Shown here piece by piece: positions 1-7,007 of a DNA stretch of 7,900 bases. The stretch's first letter is position 1, and the number at the start of each line of letters is the position of its first letter. This DNA comes from Escherichia coli. GTDB lineage: Bacteria; Pseudomonadota; Gammaproteobacteria; Enterobacterales; Enterobacteriaceae. The position numbers and the translations under genes were made by a program. The stretch lies in NCBI RefSeq assembly GCF_003334255.1, contig NZ_QOWU01000093.1. The stretch is one strand, 5' to 3'. Under the pieces are notes generated by a model that was given only the letters and a program-made list of their open reading frames with translations, was not told where the DNA came from and did not search any database.

Positions 1-484
1 CAGGAGGTGCCGTCGGAAGATGCCAGGGCTGATAATCCGTTACAGAGGCTGTAATGGTTGCCTCCGGAGCAGTTTGCGGTAATGCCGTTCCCGGGAATGG
101 ATTGCCAGTGCGGGGACTGTGGAGCTTAATTCCGGTGTTGGTGGCCTTTCCGTTGATTTTGAGCCAACAGCCCTCCTGTGACTGACAGGCTGCCTCGTCA
201 TTCCATTCGTATCTCCAGTAACAGGGGGTTGTATTGTATTTTAATGTGCCGGTTCAGGCGTGCGTTTCCCGGCGCGTCTGCACCGGCTTAACCAAATTCA
301 ACAGGGATAAAATAGTGTAAATAACCGAAGTATTACTTGCAGAATCGGGGGAAGCATCCGGGGTTTTATTCAACAGGCATGGGAGGCTCCGGCTCTGACA
401 GACATTGTACTGTGGAATGTTGTTACAGGTTGGGGCGGCAACCGTGCCAGGAGACCATGAGCCGTTCACGGCATTAAAGGCCAC
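1..484 (-). pseudogene. Possible gene remnant of unknown product: one minus-strand frame is open from the window edge to 484 except for a single in-frame TGA at 254-256
   Basis: The listed ORF 254..484 (-) and the stretch 1..253 are in the same frame (triplets 224, 227 ... 254). I translated 1..253 by hand and found no stop and no ATG/GTG/TTG, so it cannot start independently. About 160 codons with one stop is unlikely by chance, but I recognise no family. Confidence 0.2.
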
Positions 485-1056
485 ACTTCAGTCGCTTACA
501 TTCCCTGTGGTGGCAGGCATCTTCCGTTAAGGCGTCAGAGCGTTACCAACGTTATGTTGTCATGGCTCACCTTTCATAGTCGATGCTTATCTGGTGACTG
601 AAACTAGCCGCAGATAAAGAGTGTGAAGTTGATACCATGGAGTGGAGTGACGTGCAGGCAGGAGATTCGCTCTATGCAGGGTTGTGAGATGAATTCAAAC
701 CGGCTGTCAGCGCCAGTAATATTTGAAGATTCGTCCGGTTGTTATCCAGTGTGCATTAAAAACCCAGACATTATGGACAATACAACGGCTTCCATAACAG
801 GGAGGAGCCTGTTTATTATCCGGGCGTAATGACTCACCTTTGTGGGCTTTTTCCCGTCGTGCTTTTAACGTTGAAGGCATTTTCTGCCTGCCGATTCAGG
901 ACAGCGACAAAAGCCATATCAGACTATTGGTCAATGATGACCAGCGTCTGGAGTAGATGATAAGCCAAATTGATAAACTGGAATATGTGATGAAAGTGCA
1001 ACGTAATCAGTCCAATCCGACGATGTTTAACAAGAGTACGGTGTTTTTTCAGTAAG

Positions 1057-1839
1057 TCATTCGTCTTCTGAATCAGGTGTAATGATCTTTACAGAAGCAT
1101 TCCGGCAGTGCGTAACATAATCTGCCGGTAACGGACGCTCGCTAATCAGAACATCAAATGCAGAGAGCGGTGCGAGGCTGGCAGAGGCTACTTCATCGAA
1201 CAAGGCGTGGCGGGCGAGCAAAATTTTCCTTAGTCCACGGGCCATCGCTTTACGCTTAGTGGCAAGATCTTCGGGATTAAACCAGCTGACGCCAAAGTGA
1301 TCATGTACACCGCTGGCGGAAATAAATATTTTTCGCGGATTGAGAGAGTCTAATGGCGAAGAGTTACTGGCATCGTAAAAAGCATCACTTCTGGCACGAT
1401 ACGTACCACCACAAAGTATTGCTGTCACATTAGGTTTTTCATTCAACGCAACAAAGACACGATGTGAGTAACAGATGCCAGTGAAGGTGATTGCATCCGG
1501 GATCATGCTTATAACGAGCGGTATCTCCTGGCCATTATCAAAGAAGATCAGATCATTTTCATTAACCATTCCGGCGGCCAGAATTGCAATAGGTAAGTCA
1601 TCACGATGATTTCTCGGAACGTCCTGGATTACTGGCATGGATGGTGCGGGTTTATGCACCATTACAATATAGCCACCCAGTAGGGTCAGTGGCAGAGGTT
1701 CATCTTCCTGATGGAGATCGCGACGAATAGTCATTACAGAAACTTCCAGCATTCGTGCCGCGTCTTTCAAATGGATTCTGTCGGTTTTCTTAAGTATTTC
1801 AATCAAACGTCGGATACGCTCTTTTTGCTTCGTTTCCAT
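1057..1839 (-). CDS. deoQ: DeoR-family transcriptional repressor (N-terminal HTH, C-terminal sugar-phosphate-binding domain); likely deoxyribose operon regulator DeoQ
   Basis: N-terminus METKQKERIRRLIEILKKTDRIHLKDAARMLEVSVMTIRRDL closely matches my recollection of E. coli DeoR (METRREERIGQLLQELKRSDKLHLKDAAALLGVSEMTIRRDL). ATG is the complement of 1837-1839, with GGAGAG upstream on the minus strand; the ORF track starts one codon earlier at TTG (1840-1842). Divergent from a kinase-permease operon, as in deoQ/deoKPX. Confidence 0.85.
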   Translation of the reverse strand: METKQKERIRRLIEILKKTDRIHLKDAARMLEVSVMTIRRDLHQEDEPLPLTLLGGYIVMVHKPAPSMPVIQDVPRNHRDDLPIAILAAGMVNENDLIFFDNGQEIPLVISMIPDAITFTGICYSHRVFVALNEKPNVTAILCGGTYRARSDAFYDASNSSPLDSLNPRKIFISASGVHDHFGVSWFNPEDLATKRKAMARGLRKILLARHALFDEVASASLAPLSAFDVLISERPLPADYVTHCRNASVKIITPDSEDE

Positions 1840-1856
1840 CAACTCTCTCCGTAAAA

Positions 1857-1872
1857 TGTTATAAAAATAACA
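1857..1872. promoter_or_regulatory. DeoR-type operator-like palindrome TGTTA-N6-TAACA (TGTTATAAAAATAACA) next to the deoQ start
   Basis: A perfect 8-bp inverted repeat AATGTTAT/ATAACATT lies at 1855-1874. The core has the same half-sites and spacing as the E. coli DeoR operator consensus as I recall it (TGTTAGAATTCTAACA). It sits in the deoQ-deoK divergent intergenic region. Confidence 0.45.
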
Positions 1873-2082
1873 TTATGGCATTAGTAAACATTGTTTTAGT
1901 TACCATACTATACGACCGACCCTTTGAAATGAAAAGGGTATAGCCTGCTGAATTTTCGGTATTAATCCTGTTAGGTTGCTTATGATTAGATAGTGTTGGC
2001 CTGAGTGATAAGACTGGAAGTCTATTAAATAAACATCGGGTTGATGTGCTAATCGCGATCTCAGTCACAAATGATGCAAAAG

Positions 2083-2098
2083 TAACATACCAATGTTA
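2083..2098. promoter_or_regulatory. Second palindrome with the same half-sites in everted order (TAACATACCAATGTTA), about 45 bp upstream of the deoK ATG
   Basis: The inverted repeat TAACAT/ATGTTA is read directly from the sequence. A further TTGTTAT half-site lies at 2110-2116 and an AACATTGTT element at 1887-1895. Candidate DeoQ operator cluster. Confidence 0.35.
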
Positions 2099-2141
2099 TT
2101 TAAATACCATTGTTATGCGAAAGTTTATAAGAGGTAGTGAA

Positions 2142-3077
2142 ATGGACATTGCAGTTATTGGTTCCAATATGGTGGATCTCATTACTTACACTAATCAGAT
2201 GCCTAAAGAAGGAGAAACTCTGGAAGCACCTGCCTTCAAAATCGGATGTGGTGGGAAAGGTGCTAATCAAGCGGTGGCGGCGGCTAAATTGAATTCAAAA
2301 GTCCTGATGCTGACTAAAGTAGGTGATGATATTTTTGCGGATAATACTATTCGTAATCTTGAATCTTGGGGAATTAATACCACTTATGTTGAGAAAGTCC
2401 CCTGTACCAGCAGTGGTGTTGCGCCGATCTTTGTTAATGCTAACTCGAGCAATAGTATTTTAATAATTAAGGGGGCGAATAAATTTCTTTCCCCGGAAGA
2501 TATCGATCGAGCTGCAGAAGATCTGAAAAAATGCAAATTGATCGTTTTACAACTGGAAGTTCAACTGGAAACAGTTTACCACGCGATTGAGTTTGGTAAG
2601 AAAAATGGTATTGAAGTGTTATTAAATCCGGCTCCGGCATTGCGTGAGTTAGATATGTCTTATGCCTGCAAATATGATTTCTTTATCCCGAATGAAACAG
2701 AACTGGAAATATTAACCGGTATGTCGGTTGATACTTATGATCATATTCGTTTGGCCGCACGTTCGTTAGTTGATAAAGGGCTGAACAATATTATTGTTAC
2801 CATGAGCGAAAAAGGCGCATTATGGATGACCCGTGATCAGGAAGTCCATGTTCCTGCATTCAAAGTAAATGCTGTTGATACTAGTGGCGCTGGTGACGCA
2901 TTTATTGGTTGCTTTTCCCATTATTATGTTCAAAGCGGTGATGTTGAAGCCGCTTTGAAAAAAGCCGCTTTGAAAAAAGCCGCTCTCTTTGCCGCTTTCA
3001 GCGTCACAGGGAAAGGTACGCAATCATCTTATCCGAGTATTGAACAATTTAATGAATTTTTAACCTTAAACGAATAA
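2142..3077 (+). CDS. deoK: Ribokinase/PfkB-family sugar kinase, likely deoxyribokinase DeoK (311 aa from this start)
   Basis: Start MDIAVIGSNMVDL with SD AAGAGG at 2129-2134, 7 nt upstream of the ATG at 2142. Ribokinase motifs GCGGKGANQAVAAA and DTSGAGDAFIG are present. The ORF-track start at 2046 has no SD and adds a non-conserved leader, so I prefer 2142. Context: divergent DeoR-like regulator and a downstream FucP-like permease. Confidence 0.85.
   Translation: MDIAVIGSNMVDLITYTNQMPKEGETLEAPAFKIGCGGKGANQAVAAAKLNSKVLMLTKVGDDIFADNTIRNLESWGINTTYVEKVPCTSSGVAPIFVNANSSNSILIIKGANKFLSPEDIDRAAEDLKKCKLIVLQLEVQLETVYHAIEFGKKNGIEVLLNPAPALRELDMSYACKYDFFIPNETELEILTGMSVDTYDHIRLAARSLVDKGLNNIIVTMSEKGALWMTRDQEVHVPAFKVNAVDTSGAGDAFIGCFSHYYVQSGDVEAALKKAALKKAALFAAFSVTGKGTQSSYPSIEQFNEFLTLNE
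2949..2985 (+). repeat. Perfect 15-bp direct tandem duplication (GCCGCTTTGAAAAAA x2, plus a partial third copy GCCGCTC) inside deoK, in frame
   Basis: Read directly: unit 1 is 2949-2963 and unit 2 is 2964-2978, giving AALKK-AALKK-AAL in the protein, C-terminal to the GAGD motif. Confidence 0.95.
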
Positions 3078-3104
3078 TCATCCTGCACAGTTAAAGGTAG
3101 CACT

Positions 3105-4421
3105 ATGAACGATAAAAACATCATTCAGATGCCTGATGGGTATCTGAATAAGACCCCCTTGTTCCAGTTTATTTTGTTATCGTGTTTATTCCCGCTATGG
3201 GGATGCGCAGCTGCATTAAATGACATATTAATCACTCAATTCAAAAGTGTATTTTCGCTAAGTAAATTTGCTTCAGCATTGGTGCAGAGCGCATTTTATG
3301 GAGGTTATTTTTTAATTGCAATACCAGCATCCCTTGTGATTAAAAAGACCAGTTATAAGGTGGCAATTTTAATTGGCCTGACGCTGTATATTGGTGGTTG
3401 TACACTTTTTTTCCCTGCCTCGCATATGGCAACCTACACTATGTTCCTTGCGGCTATTTTTGCGATTGCGATTGGCCTGAGCTTCCTTGAAACTGCAGCG
3501 AACACATACAGTTCGATGATTGGTCCAAAAGCCTACGCTACATTGCGGCTCAATATCAGCCAGACCTTTTATCCGATTGGTGCTGCGTCTGGTATTTTAT
3601 TGGGCAAATATCTGGTTTTCTCCGAGGGGGAAAGCCTTGAGAAGCAGATGTCCGGAATGAACGCCGGGCAAATTCACAACTTTAAGGTGCTGATGTTAGA
3701 GAACACCCTTGAACCGTATAAGTATATGATTATGATTCTGGTTGTGGTCATGGTGTTGTTCCTTTTAACCCGCTTCCCAACCTGTAAAGTGGCACAGACA
3801 AGTCACCATAAACGCCCGTCAGCAATGGATACGCTGCGCTATCTGGCTAGAAATCCGCGCTTTCGTCGTGGTATTGTGGCTCAATTCCTTTATGTGGGTA
3901 TGCAGGTCGCAGTATGGTCATTTACCATCCGTCTGGCGCTGGAGTTGGGCGATATCAACGAACGTGATGCTTCAAACTTCATGGTCTACAGCTTTGCCTG
4001 CTTCTTTATTGGCAAGTTTATAGCCAACATCCTTATGACACGTTTTAATCCGGAAAAAGTCCTGATTCTCTATTCCGTTATAGGGGCGCTGTTTCTGGCA
4101 TATGTTGCACTGGCTCCAAGTTTCAGTGCGGTCTATGTCGCCGTCCTGGTAAGTGTTTTGTTTGGCCCTTGCTGGGCGACGATCTATGCAGGAACACTGG
4201 ATACAGTTGATAACCAACATACAGAAATGGCAGGAGCAGTCATTGTTATGGCTATTGTTGGCGCAGCGGTGGTTCCGGCAATTCAGGGATATATTGCAGA
4301 TATGTTCCACTCACTACAGCTTTCATTCCTGGTTTCTATGCTCTGTTTTGTCTATGTCGGTGTCTACTTCTGGCGTGAAAGCAAAGTACGTAATGCACTG
4401 GCTGAAGTCACAGAGTCCTGA
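3105..4421 (+). CDS. deoP: MFS transporter of the L-fucose:H+ symporter (FucP) family; likely deoxyribose permease DeoP (438 aa)
   Basis: Strong resemblance to FucP as I recall it (ALNDILITQF versus NNLNDILLPQF; SAFYGGYFLIAIPASLVIKK versus SAFYFGYFIIPIPAGILMKK), and hydrophobic throughout. SD AAAGG is upstream; the gene starts 27 bp after the deoK stop. Confidence 0.9.
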   Translation: MNDKNIIQMPDGYLNKTPLFQFILLSCLFPLWGCAAALNDILITQFKSVFSLSKFASALVQSAFYGGYFLIAIPASLVIKKTSYKVAILIGLTLYIGGCTLFFPASHMATYTMFLAAIFAIAIGLSFLETAANTYSSMIGPKAYATLRLNISQTFYPIGAASGILLGKYLVFSEGESLEKQMSGMNAGQIHNFKVLMLENTLEPYKYMIMILVVVMVLFLLTRFPTCKVAQTSHHKRPSAMDTLRYLARNPRFRRGIVAQFLYVGMQVAVWSFTIRLALELGDINERDASNFMVYSFACFFIGKFIANILMTRFNPEKVLILYSVIGALFLAYVALAPSFSAVYVAVLVSVLFGPCWATIYAGTLDTVDNQHTEMAGAVIVMAIVGAAVVPAIQGYIADMFHSLQLSFLVSMLCFVYVGVYFWRESKVRNALAEVTES

Positions 4422-4432
4422 GGAGAATCGTT

Positions 4433-4969
4433 ATGAGTACGCGTATTTATTTGTGGCGGGCGCTTTTTGGCGAAAAACCTCGTATCTTGCTGGAAAATAG
4501 TGATTTTACTGTCACGTCTTTTCGCTATGACAGTGGTGTCGAGGGGCTTAAAATTGCAAACAGTCGTGGACATTTAATTATTCTTCCCTGGATGGGGCAG
4601 ATGATTTGGGATGCGCAATTTGATGGACACAGTCTCACCATGTGCAATATGTTTCGCCAGCCTAAACCGGCGACAGAGGTGATAGAAACCTATGGCTGTT
4701 TTGCCTTTCATTCAGGTTTGCTGGCTAATGGCTGCCCATCTGCGGAAGATACTCATCTGCTACACGGTGAAATGGCCTGTGCCGCGATGGATGAAGCATG
4801 GATGGAATTAGAGGGAGATATGTGACGCCTTACCGGGCGTTACGAGTATGTAAAGGGATTCGGGCATCATTATCTGGCTCAGCCAGCAGTGGTCCTTCAC
4901 AAATCCTCTACACTGTTCGATATTAAGATGGCCGTAACCAATCTGGCTTCTGTAGATATGCCACTACAA
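4433..4969 (+). pseudogene. deoX: deoX-like gene (putative aldose-1-epimerase/mutarotase-like), disrupted by an in-frame TGA at 4823-4825 and 3'-truncated by the IS66-family terminus
   Basis: ATG 4433 with SD AGGAG overlaps the deoP stop (translational coupling). The 130-aa ORF ends at TGA, but the same frame stays open for 48 more codons (RLTGRYEYVKGFGHHYLAQPAVVLHKSSTLFDIKMAVTNLASVDMPLQ) up to stops that overlap GTAAGCG at 4970-4975. HLLHGE and VTN...P segments loosely resemble aldose-epimerase-family proteins such as YphB; that family assignment is tentative. Confidence 0.55.
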
Positions 4970-5001
4970 TAGTAAGCGGCTCGCCAGAACCGTCTTAATA
5001 T

Positions 5002-5183
5002 TTACTGAGAGCTCAGATCAACTTTCCAGGGCAACAGATCGCGTACCCGATTTGCCGGCCAGTCCTGGATATGTTCAATGACGTAACGCAGCCATTTTTC
5101 TGGCTCTACATTGTTCAGACGGCATGTGCCGATCAGCGAGTACAACACCGCCGCATGTTCGCCACCGCTGTCGGAACCCGCGA
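5002..5183 (-). CDS. tnpC: IS66-family transposase TnpC, 3' exon (C-terminal 60 aa: (F)AGSDSGGEHAAVLYSLIGTCRLNNVEPEKWLRYVIEHIQDWPANRVRDLLPWKVDLSSQ)
   Basis: Hand translation of the minus strand. It joins in frame to the upstream exon across the proposed intron, using T at 7008 plus TC at 5183-5182 to form the Phe codon. It is not in the ORF track because it has no start codon of its own. Confidence 0.75.
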
Positions 5184-5186
5184 GTC

Positions 5187-5222
5187 GAGTCAGCCGGAGA
5201 GAATTTCACTCCCCGGCTGCTC
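5187..5222 (-). ncRNA. Group II intron domain VI with bulged branch-point adenosine (plus 5190, 7 nt from the 3' splice site)
   Basis: Minus strand GAGCAGCCGGGGAG / loop UGAAAUU / CUCUCCGGCUG-A-CUC forms a 14-bp helix with one bulged A, followed by GAC and then the exon. Confidence 0.6.
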
Positions 5223-5225
5223 ACG

Positions 5226-5259
5226 GAACCGTACGTGACACTCTCGCGTCATACGGCTC
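5226..5259 (-). ncRNA. Group II intron domain V (catalytic hairpin)
   Basis: Minus strand GAGCCGUAUGACGCGAGAGUGUCACGUACGGUUC: 34 nt with the AGC triad at positions 2-4, a 2-nt bulge on the 3' strand, a GAGA (GNRA) tetraloop and G-U wobbles at the canonical places. It starts 4 nt after the IEP stop. Confidence 0.88.
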
Positions 5260-5263
5260 TTGA

Positions 5264-6496
5264 TCACTCATTCGATGCACGTAGTAAATACCAGTGGACA
5301 AATAGCTTCGGATACTCCTTCCTTACCAGCGTCAGCTTTCGCTGAGCCCTCCGGTTCGAAAGTCTGTATTTAGACTGCATCCACTTGAGCAGACGTGACT
5401 GCATTGCACTCCACAGTCGATAGTTGAAATTTCTGGACCAGAACTTTCCGTAGTACTCGATCCAGCCTCTCACTATCGCATTGTAGCGCCTCGCAAAATC
5501 CAGCAAACTCTCAGCTGTTGAGCGATGTATACGCCACTTCTTGATTGTTTCTGTTATTTTGCGCATTGCTGCATTTGACGCACCCGGCATGCATTTTCGG
5601 TACAGTTCGCCTTTGAAATTCTTCAGCGTACGCACTTTGAAGTCATATCCGAGAAAGGTGAAACTCGTTGCGACGTTTCTCCTTTTAAACGTGTCAATGT
5701 AGGCGATATTCGTTTTCCCTGCATTCAGGACCAGCCCGACTTCCGAGAAGCGCTCCGATAACCTGTTCTTCAGCCTTGTTGCATCACTCATTCGTGAACA
5801 ATGTACTACAATATCATCAGCGTACCTCTCAAACGGTACCCCCCGATATTCTCTTTCCATCCACAAATCAAATGCATAGTGAAGGAACAAGTTAGCAAGT
5901 AGCGGACTAATGACCCCGCCCTGCGGAGTGCCTCGTGTTCGGGTTATTAATTCTCCATTTTCACAACTCTGCATTGGTGCTTCCATCCAGCGTCGACAGT
6001 ACAGGATGACCCATTTAGGCATCCCGTGGTGTTCCAGTGCTTTGAGCACCAGATCATGTCTCACATGGTCGAAAAACGCACTGATGTCCACTTCCAGTAT
6101 CCAGCTATAACGCCAGCACCGGATGGCACATTGTTTCAGAGCGTCATGAGCTGATTTGCCTGGTCGGTAACCATAAGAATCAGCATGGAAAATCGGGTCA
6201 AGCTTTTCTTCCATAAAAAGTTTTATCGCTCCCTGAGCAATTCGATCGGATACTGTTGGGATCCCCAGAATGCGCTCCTTGCCATTCGGCTTCGGGATCC
6301 GTTTTTCCAGCACAGGTGGCGGAAACCATGTTCCCGAACATAGCCGGTTCCAGATCTTGTATAGATTGCCATCACGTTGCTGGTCGAACATTTTCAAAGT
6401 CTGTCCGTCGCATCCGGGGGCTCCCTTGTTGCGACGCACATCCAGATATGATGCCCAGACCAGTGCTTTTGGTATTTCGAATGATTTTCGTTGCAT
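5264..6496 (-). CDS. Group II intron-encoded reverse transcriptase/maturase (410 aa; RT domains 0-7 plus X/maturase domain, no recognisable C-terminal DNA-binding/endonuclease extension)
   Basis: RT motifs are present: NKGAPGCDG (RT0), GIPTVSDRIAQ, YGYRPGKSAHDAL, TPQGGVISPLLANL and YADD (plus 5813-5824). The maturase motif RGWIEYYG follows. ATG start at 6494-6496; the reading frame is intact. Confidence 0.92.
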   Translation of the reverse strand: MQRKSFEIPKALVWASYLDVRRNKGAPGCDGQTLKMFDQQRDGNLYKIWNRLCSGTWFPPPVLEKRIPKPNGKERILGIPTVSDRIAQGAIKLFMEEKLDPIFHADSYGYRPGKSAHDALKQCAIRCWRYSWILEVDISAFFDHVRHDLVLKALEHHGMPKWVILYCRRWMEAPMQSCENGELITRTRGTPQGGVISPLLANLFLHYAFDLWMEREYRGVPFERYADDIVVHCSRMSDATRLKNRLSERFSEVGLVLNAGKTNIAYIDTFKRRNVATSFTFLGYDFKVRTLKNFKGELYRKCMPGASNAAMRKITETIKKWRIHRSTAESLLDFARRYNAIVRGWIEYYGKFWSRNFNYRLWSAMQSRLLKWMQSKYRLSNRRAQRKLTLVRKEYPKLFVHWYLLRASNE

Positions 6497-7007
6497 CAGT
6501 TACATCATCCCCTTATGGGTTGTGTCTTTTGCAATGAATGTGATCCCCATCCCTTCGCTCCAGACCCATTACAGATCTTTCATCACTACTACGAATGGGT
6601 CCGCCCCTGTTTCCCGATACGTGCCGGAAACAGGTTCTCACGTTCCCTGAGATGGTCTGGCCCGGGATCCTGCTGCCTTAACACCGGATGCCGCGCAGTC
6701 AGTAAGCAGGTGTCTTCTGCGCTTATCAGAGGACGGCTGTACGGCCCCATTTTGACATCATCTAAGATTTCGATGCTTCATCGGACAGTTTACTTTCGTT
6801 CAGCTTCCCGAACCCCACGTGACAGTAGATCTCTGCCTTTTCCCGAGTCGCTCACCACTACATTCCTTAGAATGAAGCAGCACCGGGTCGTTTGGTCAGT
6901 GTTCCTGCAAACCCTGACCGGAGGGCCCACCTCCACCCACCTCAGAGCATGGATAACTTATGCTGCAATTTTCATATTGCCGCTATCAGTTCTCCTTCGT
7001 GACACAC
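6497..7007 (-). ncRNA. Group II intron domains I-III (and the start of IV), 5' ribozyme portion
   Basis: Position and length fit, being about 0.5 kb between the 5' GUGUG and the IEP start. The internal secondary structure was not resolved by eye. Confidence 0.55.

Larger units (their letters stand above)
5184..7007 (-). mobile_element. Group II intron (1824 nt) with an intact intron-encoded protein, inserted in IS66-family tnpC
   Basis: 5' end GUGUG (minus strand from 7007) and 3' end ...GAC. Domains I-III span about 511 nt upstream of the ORF, the IEP ORF sits in domain IV, and domains V and VI are canonical. Removing 5184-7007 restores the tnpC frame (GRKNWL-F-AGSD). Confidence 0.85.

Noticed and set aside
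623-829. 68-aa plus-strand ORF in the gene-poor left region
   Set aside because: No ribosome-binding site, no recognisable motif, and only slightly longer than chance expectation; I treat 485-1056 as non-coding or decayed DNA.
1020-1056. T-run GGTGTTTTTTC (1040-1051) as a possible intrinsic terminator
   Set aside because: It is on the plus strand, so it cannot terminate minus-strand deoQ, and no convincing GC-rich hairpin precedes it.
1859-2068. 69-aa minus-strand ORF inside the deoQ-deoK intergenic region
   Set aside because: It lies wholly in AT-rich promoter/operator DNA, has a low-complexity translation and no ribosome-binding site; most likely spurious.
2046-2141. Upstream extension of the kinase ORF (ORF-track start 2046, MLIAISVTNDAKV...) and an ATG at 2115
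   Set aside because: There is no Shine-Dalgarno sequence before either. The extension has no ribokinase similarity and overlaps the operator-like palindromes. ATG 2142 has a good SD and gives the conserved MDIAVIGS N-terminus.
2820-3023. 67-aa minus-strand ORF antisense to deoK containing SGFFQSGFFQSGF
   Set aside because: The repeat-looking peptide is just the antisense read of the 15-bp tandem duplication; it is embedded in a well-supported kinase gene.
3972-4573. ORFs 3972..4310 (-), 4153..4500 (+) and 4364..4573 (-) overlapping deoP and deoX
   Set aside because: They are alternative-frame or antisense reads within strongly supported permease coding sequence, with no motifs or ribosome-binding sites.
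5264-6496. Possibility that the reverse transcriptase belongs to a retron or other non-intron RT system
   Set aside because: It has a maturase X motif (RGWIEYYG) and is flanked by canonical domain V and VI RNA structures and a 5' GUGUG, with exact in-frame exon restoration; this is a group II intron, not a retron.
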